Origin: a bacterium
GTDB taxonomy: Bacteria; SZUA-182; SZUA-191; JAJRXT01
Assembly (NCBI GenBank): GCA_024277605.1
Contig: JAJRUU010000063.1
Coordinates: 1-36,718 of the forward strand
Length of the DNA: 36,718 nucleotides
Direction: 5' to 3'
In this document: positions 32,381-36,718 of the stretch, piece by piece
Layout of the letters: every line of letters starts with the position of its first letter
Numbering within the stretch: the first letter of the stretch is position 1
Made by a program: the position numbers and the translations under genes
The notes under the pieces: model-generated
What the model was told of the DNA's origin: nothing
Databases searched by the model: none
The model's input: the letters and a program-made list of their open reading frames with translations, nothing else

Positions 32381-33577
32381 GTGATAACTGAAGAGAAGGT
32401 ATTATATCAAGCTTTATTGGAAAGTAAGTTGCTTTCTGAGGAGCAATTGCAAAAGCTTACATCTGATGTTGAGGCAAAAGGTGAAGGCATCGGGCAACAT
32501 TTGCAGCAGTTAGGCTATATGGAGGAGAAGCGCTATATTTCCTTTTTGATTAAGGAATGTGGGTATCATTTCTTGAGCCTGAATCAAGTTGAGATAGATC
32601 CGGATGCCATAAAGCAAATACCCTCAGAAGTAGCCCGACGTTTGCAAGTAATTCCCCTTCGGAAAGCCAGGGATACGCTGGCAGTGGCCATGTGCGATCC
32701 CTTCAACAAGCAAGTGTTGGCCGAGCTTGGGAAGGTGACGGCTTATACTATCTTACCGATTGTTAGCCGGCACGAGGAGATAATACAGTTTCTCAAACGT
32801 TATGATGAGTTGTGTGCCAGTAGAAGCAAGTCTCAGGTTTCTGGAATATTGAGTTATGAAGGGCTTCCCTTGGTGAGGAGATTCGTTTTTGATAGCTTTG
32901 TGGTGGGCAAGGGGAACGAATTTCCCTATGCGATGGCGTCCGCCGTAGCCAAATCACCAGGTGAAAGCTATAATCCATTGTTTTTGTACAGCGATGTTGG
33001 ATTAGGTAAAACCCATCTGCTCAATGCTATTGGTAATCAAATGAAAAATCAAAGTCCCCCAGTAAAAATGATGTATGTCACCTGCGAGTATTTTAACTCT
33101 CAGGTGGTGGGGGCCATAAAGGATAATATTATCGACCTTTTCCGTTCAACCTTTAAAACACTTGATATTTTACTTATTGATGACATTGAATTTCTAAAAG
33201 ATCGCGACAAGACACAGGAGGAGTTTTTCCATTTGTTTAACAGTATGGTTCAAGCCGGCAAACAGGTAGTAGTTACCAGCGATCGCTCTCCCAGCGAGCT
33301 TTCGGTATTGGAAAAACGCTTGCGCTCAAGATTTATGGGAGGAACCGTAGCAAATATCGATCCACCAGACCTGGAAACCAGGACGGCTATATTGCACAAA
33401 AAGAATACTGAGACGGCGGTACCAACTGAGGTGTATCATCTTTTAGCCAGCAGGATTCAAGAGAGTGTGAGGGAATTGGAGGGGGCCTTAAATACCCTGC
33501 TTTCCTTAAATAGGTTTACTGGGGAAGATATCAACATTGATAATGCTGAAAAGGTTCTACATGAGATGGGCTATTAA
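32381..33577 (+). CDS. Chimeric protein: GspE_N (T2SSE_N/MshEN-like) domain fused to a DnaA-type AAA+ domain III, no DnaA domain IV
   Basis: 398-aa ORF with a GTG start after an AAGGAG SD. Residues 1 to about 140, 'LLSEEQLQKL...GQHLQQLGYMEEKRYISFLIKECGYHFLSLNQVEIDPDAIKQIPSEVARRLQVIPLRKARDTLAVAMCDPFNKQVLAELGKVTAYTILPIV', form a T2SSE_N pattern. The rest is DnaA-like: 'FDSFVVGKGNEF', 'NPLFLYSDVGLGKTHLLNAIG', 'LLIDDIEFL', 'VVVTSDRSPSEL', 'RLRSRFMGGTVANIDPPDLETRTAILHKK' and 'VRELEGALNTLL'. The ORF ends before any DNA-binding HTH. Confidence 0.85.
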   Translation: MITEEKVLYQALLESKLLSEEQLQKLTSDVEAKGEGIGQHLQQLGYMEEKRYISFLIKECGYHFLSLNQVEIDPDAIKQIPSEVARRLQVIPLRKARDTLAVAMCDPFNKQVLAELGKVTAYTILPIVSRHEEIIQFLKRYDELCASRSKSQVSGILSYEGLPLVRRFVFDSFVVGKGNEFPYAMASAVAKSPGESYNPLFLYSDVGLGKTHLLNAIGNQMKNQSPPVKMMYVTCEYFNSQVVGAIKDNIIDLFRSTFKTLDILLIDDIEFLKDRDKTQEEFFHLFNSMVQAGKQVVVTSDRSPSELSVLEKRLRSRFMGGTVANIDPPDLETRTAILHKKNTETAVPTEVYHLLASRIQESVRELEGALNTLLSLNRFTGEDINIDNAEKVLHEMGY

Positions 33578-33582
33578 ATATA

Positions 33583-33706
33583 TGAGATACCCTAACCTGA
33601 TCTATTCATAAATTTAGGCTGGGTTCGCAAGACACCACTTGTGAAATAATGTTTATGACCCAACATCTGGAAGAAACAGGCTGTGCCTACCCGAATTATT
33701 CGGGTC
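33583..33706 (-). repeat. Third, shorter, inverted copy (C) of the intergenic repeat family seen at 17946 and 18622
   Basis: The reverse complement begins GACCCGAATAATTCGGGT and ends ...TCTTGCGAACCCAGCCTAAATTTATGAATAGATCAGGTTA. This matches the head hairpin and the last 70 bp or so of copies A and B, while the central segment differs. It starts 6 nt after the stop at 33575-33577. Confidence 0.75.
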
Positions 33707-33733
33707 TAATGAATTATTTGGCAGGGGAGTACA

Positions 33734-34786
33734 ATGAGATTTTCTCTCATTAGCGAAGACCTTGTAAATAAGGCCTTGCAGGTATATTTGGATAAAGGCC
33801 AATGGTCAAAAGCGGCTGACCAATATAAGAAGCTTATCAAACTCCACCCTGAAAATATTACCCTGCGGTTGAGAATGGCGGAGGTGTGTTTTAAGGGCGG
33901 GTATAAGAAAGAGGCCTTAGAACAATATCAAAAGGTAGCCGACTATTATATATCTATTGATGATTTATCAAAAGCGGTAACTATTTTGCGAACCATGTTG
34001 AATATGGATTCAACGGTTTCCAATATAAGGATTAAGTTGGCGGAGCTATATGCTAAATTGGGTGATACGGAGAATATGTGGAGTCAGTATATGACTGCCT
34101 TTAAATACTTAGAGGAGAAAAAATTACTTAATCAGTCGGTAACTGTATTAAAGGAAATGGCGAGGGTAACCACCAAAGACCCTAAGCTTATGATTCAACT
34201 GGTTGAGATGTTTATGACACGCAACTTGCGCCCACAGGCGATGGGCCAATACTTAACAATAGCCGAATTCTACTTACAGGAAAAAAATTTTGAGGAGGCC
34301 ATTAAGTATTATAAGGAAGTACTGAACTTAGATGCAGACAACCGGGAAGCCCAGATAGGGCTTGAGGTATTGGGCCAACTAAGTGGCGCTAAATCAAGCC
34401 CGGTTTCTCCAGTTAATGAAAAGCTAACCGGGGAGATAGTCTCCAGCGGACAAGGCAAAACTCCTAAACCACCGGGCCAGGAATTTCCCAGGCTGGATAT
34501 GGATGAAATATTAGCCAAGCTGTTTAGCCCCCGAATAATGACGGAAGACGACCTGCAAAGCCATTATAATTTGGGGATACTATATCAAGAGATGGCTTTG
34601 TTGGATGCGGCTATTGAGGAATTTGCCTGCGCTGCCGTCGACCCAGGTTTACAAAATAAGTGTTACCAAAGGTTAAGTATGTGTTTTGCCAAAAAGGGAA
34701 TGCTTCGCCAAGCCCAAAAATATCGACAAATGGGTGTTAATCCAAACATGTCTCAGCCTTTGCAGGAAAGCCCCTATAACTCTTGA
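33734..34786 (+). CDS. Cytoplasmic TPR-repeat protein
   Basis: 350-aa ORF with no signal peptide. It has multiple TPR-like helical pairs ('WSKAADQYKKLIKLHPEN', 'FEEAIKYYKEVLNLDADNREA', 'HYNLGILYQEMALLDAAIEEF'). Confidence 0.75.
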   Translation: MRFSLISEDLVNKALQVYLDKGQWSKAADQYKKLIKLHPENITLRLRMAEVCFKGGYKKEALEQYQKVADYYISIDDLSKAVTILRTMLNMDSTVSNIRIKLAELYAKLGDTENMWSQYMTAFKYLEEKKLLNQSVTVLKEMARVTTKDPKLMIQLVEMFMTRNLRPQAMGQYLTIAEFYLQEKNFEEAIKYYKEVLNLDADNREAQIGLEVLGQLSGAKSSPVSPVNEKLTGEIVSSGQGKTPKPPGQEFPRLDMDEILAKLFSPRIMTEDDLQSHYNLGILYQEMALLDAAIEEFACAAVDPGLQNKCYQRLSMCFAKKGMLRQAQKYRQMGVNPNMSQPLQESPYNS

Positions 34787-36612
34787 AACGGACATCGGAC
34801 AGGCTGCTCAGCCTTTTGTTATTATCTTATCTGTTTGTTTCACCACTGCTATATTCCAGCGCCGTTTATGAAGGTTTCTTACTCCCCAGAGTGTGCTTTA
34901 TTTTCCTTGTTATTGCATTAATCCTACCCCTGTTTACAATCAGGCTGATAAGGCAGGGCATAGCCTTTAGCCTGCCGGTTGATATTTATTTCCTTGGGGT
35001 ATTGTTCGCTGTCTTACTGTCATGGTTAGGGGTTAAAGACACAGCAACCTTTATTTTCAACGTGAGTTTTCTGCTGGCGGCCTATTTTACCTATTTCGTA
35101 GTAGCAAATATTATTAATACCCCTAAGCTATCAAAACTCTTCCTCGGCGCTTTATTTGTTTCGACAACCATAGTTGCCCTAATAGGCTTGATTCAATATT
35201 TGGTTTATCAGGAGGTGATTAAACATTGCCCTTATTTTCCAATTCCTTATAGACCAGCCGGATTGAGAATGTATGGGGATAGGGTTTATTCCACCTTTGG
35301 CCAGCCCAATACCATGGGGTTATATTTGTCTTTGGGGTTAATCGTCTGTCTTTATTTTTTGTTGGAGGCAAAAGCAGAAGCTACGTGGAAGAAATGGAGT
35401 ATAACCGCCGGGATGTTGCTTGCGTGCGGTTTAATCGTTTTTGTTTTGGATGCCAGTGGAGGCTTGGGGGTATATTGTGGATTGACCGCAGTGGTTGTTT
35501 ACTTCGGGCTGGGTAAAATCTACTTAGGATCCAAATGGCTGGCAGCCCGTAAGCTGAAAATTGCTTTGTTTGTGCTGGTAATAACCGGCACACTTTTTTT
35601 CTCCCAGACTGTTCTTCCAGAAACATCCTCCCTGCAACGTACTATTTCTTCCGTGCAGTATACCGCTGGAGAAGTGAATAGCTACGGTAGTATAACCAAT
35701 CGGCTTATTTATTGGCGGACGTCGTTGGAAATATTCCGGGGTTCCCCTTTGTGGGGGGTTGGGTTGGGACAGTTTGGGTTAAATTATATGCCCGCTCTGG
35801 CCGGATTAATTTTGCGAACCAATAGTGACTTTCTGAAAGACCACGCATATCCAGCAAATTATGCGCACAATGAGTTTCTTCAATTTTTAGCTGAGACAGG
35901 CCTGGTGGGGTTTCTGCTATTCGGGCTGATTTGGTTTATTGTGTGTAAGCACACCTTAAAGACCTTAAAAAGTAATCCTTCTCCGCTATTGTTAGTTACA
36001 GGTTCATTATTTATACCCTTTTTTGTTCAGTGCCTGTTATCAGCCCCCTTAAGAAGACTGTCCCTGCTTGTCATCTTGGCGTTTCTATTGGCAATCTGGG
36101 GCAGACTGATTCCTTCTAATAAGGAGCGCCATTATAAGGTATCTGCCAGGTTGGGGAAGCTGCTTATGCCCTTGGTCCTGTTACTTTCCTTAAGCATAAC
36201 GTGGGGTGTCTACGATAACTGGCGAGCCGCAGAGATCATGCGTAAGGTTATAGATTCGAACAAGACGGAGAAATTTATTCAACCTGCATTAATAGATAAG
36301 ATTGGAGTTAACCCTTACATCAAGTTCGAGCTAACTACCATGGTAGCTAAGAAAGCGCTTACCTTGGGGGTAAAGCAGAACCGCAAAGAATGGGTGGAAG
36401 TTGCCTATGAGCTGTACCAACAGGTGTTGCTGCGGCTGCCCACTCATAAATATTGCCGCTATATGGCTATTGCTTGTTTTTATTTGGGGAAAGAGCAGGA
36501 GGGCATGCAGTACATTAGGCAGGGGTTAAGTTATGTTCCCTGGGATAGTAAGTTGCGACGGATGTTAAAGCATTATCAATCTCATCTTGACCACGCACTC
36601 CCCTTTTTTTAG
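34783..36612 (+). CDS. O-antigen-ligase-like (Wzy_C) polytopic membrane protein with C-terminal TPR-like soluble domain
   Basis: 609-aa ORF whose TTG start overlaps the previous stop (TTGA). It has at least 10 TM helices and the Wzy_C signature region 'RLIYWRTSLEIFRGSPLWGVGLGQF...YAHNEFLQFLAETGLVGFLLF'. The C-terminal 150 aa or so are helical and TPR-like. Confidence 0.8.
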   Translation: MKRTSDRLLSLLLLSYLFVSPLLYSSAVYEGFLLPRVCFIFLVIALILPLFTIRLIRQGIAFSLPVDIYFLGVLFAVLLSWLGVKDTATFIFNVSFLLAAYFTYFVVANIINTPKLSKLFLGALFVSTTIVALIGLIQYLVYQEVIKHCPYFPIPYRPAGLRMYGDRVYSTFGQPNTMGLYLSLGLIVCLYFLLEAKAEATWKKWSITAGMLLACGLIVFVLDASGGLGVYCGLTAVVVYFGLGKIYLGSKWLAARKLKIALFVLVITGTLFFSQTVLPETSSLQRTISSVQYTAGEVNSYGSITNRLIYWRTSLEIFRGSPLWGVGLGQFGLNYMPALAGLILRTNSDFLKDHAYPANYAHNEFLQFLAETGLVGFLLFGLIWFIVCKHTLKTLKSNPSPLLLVTGSLFIPFFVQCLLSAPLRRLSLLVILAFLLAIWGRLIPSNKERHYKVSARLGKLLMPLVLLLSLSITWGVYDNWRAAEIMRKVIDSNKTEKFIQPALIDKIGVNPYIKFELTTMVAKKALTLGVKQNRKEWVEVAYELYQQVLLRLPTHKYCRYMAIACFYLGKEQEGMQYIRQGLSYVPWDSKLRRMLKHYQSHLDHALPFF

Positions 36613-36718
36613 CAGATAACTATCAGAAATTAAAAAACAATAGTTAGGTTTTGTCGCTCGCATTGTAGATACGAATACATATATTCATGTCAATGTTTAT
36701 CCCTTGACATTACAGATA

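Overview
This is 36.7 kb of bacterial chromosome with moderate GC. A secretin and lipoproteins indicate a diderm envelope, and I cannot assign a lineage from sequence alone. Positions 1-8.7 kb are all on the minus strand. They hold the 5' tip of a transposase, a sugar-nucleotide operon (long-form RmlA, a secreted PEGA/FGE-sulfatase-domain protein, an RmlC-like cupin), an orphan DUF433 gene, hisD-murA (ATGA overlap) and comM/yifB. Positions 9.3-12.5 kb hold two accessory modules. The first is a three-gene toxin / MqsA-like antitoxin / SecB-like chaperone (TAC) cassette. The second is a Cys-rich 82-aa lipoprotein-signal peptide sitting 14 nt upstream of a radical SAM/SPASM enzyme. Positions 12.8-16.6 kb hold a lipoprotein, a cobA-hemD fusion, a small HNH protein, ccmC-ccmD and a small membrane protein. 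Positions 17.3-36.6 kb, all on the plus strand, are a large type IV pilus locus in MSHA-like order: sigma-54 promoter, pilin, PilM, PilN, PilO/P, secretin, ExeA/MshM-like ATPase, TPR protein, PilB/MshE, PilC and PilT. After these come an unknown membrane protein, a chimeric GspE_N + DnaA-AAA+ protein, a TPR protein and a Wzy_C/O-antigen-ligase-like protein. The most notable observations are these. (1) The GspE_N-DnaA(AAA+) chimera lacks a DNA-binding domain. (2) The TAC module has a DUF4258-type toxin. (3) The peptide / rSAM-SPASM pair looks like a peptide-modification system. (4) The pilus locus carries three lesions: a G9 homopolymer frameshift in pilN, and single in-frame TAA codons replacing conserved Glu codons in both pilB and pilT. 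(5) There are several intergenic repeat families: a roughly 124-181 bp element in three copies, about 140-bp compound palindromes, and short tandem repeats. All homology statements come from reading the translations by eye. No searches were run.
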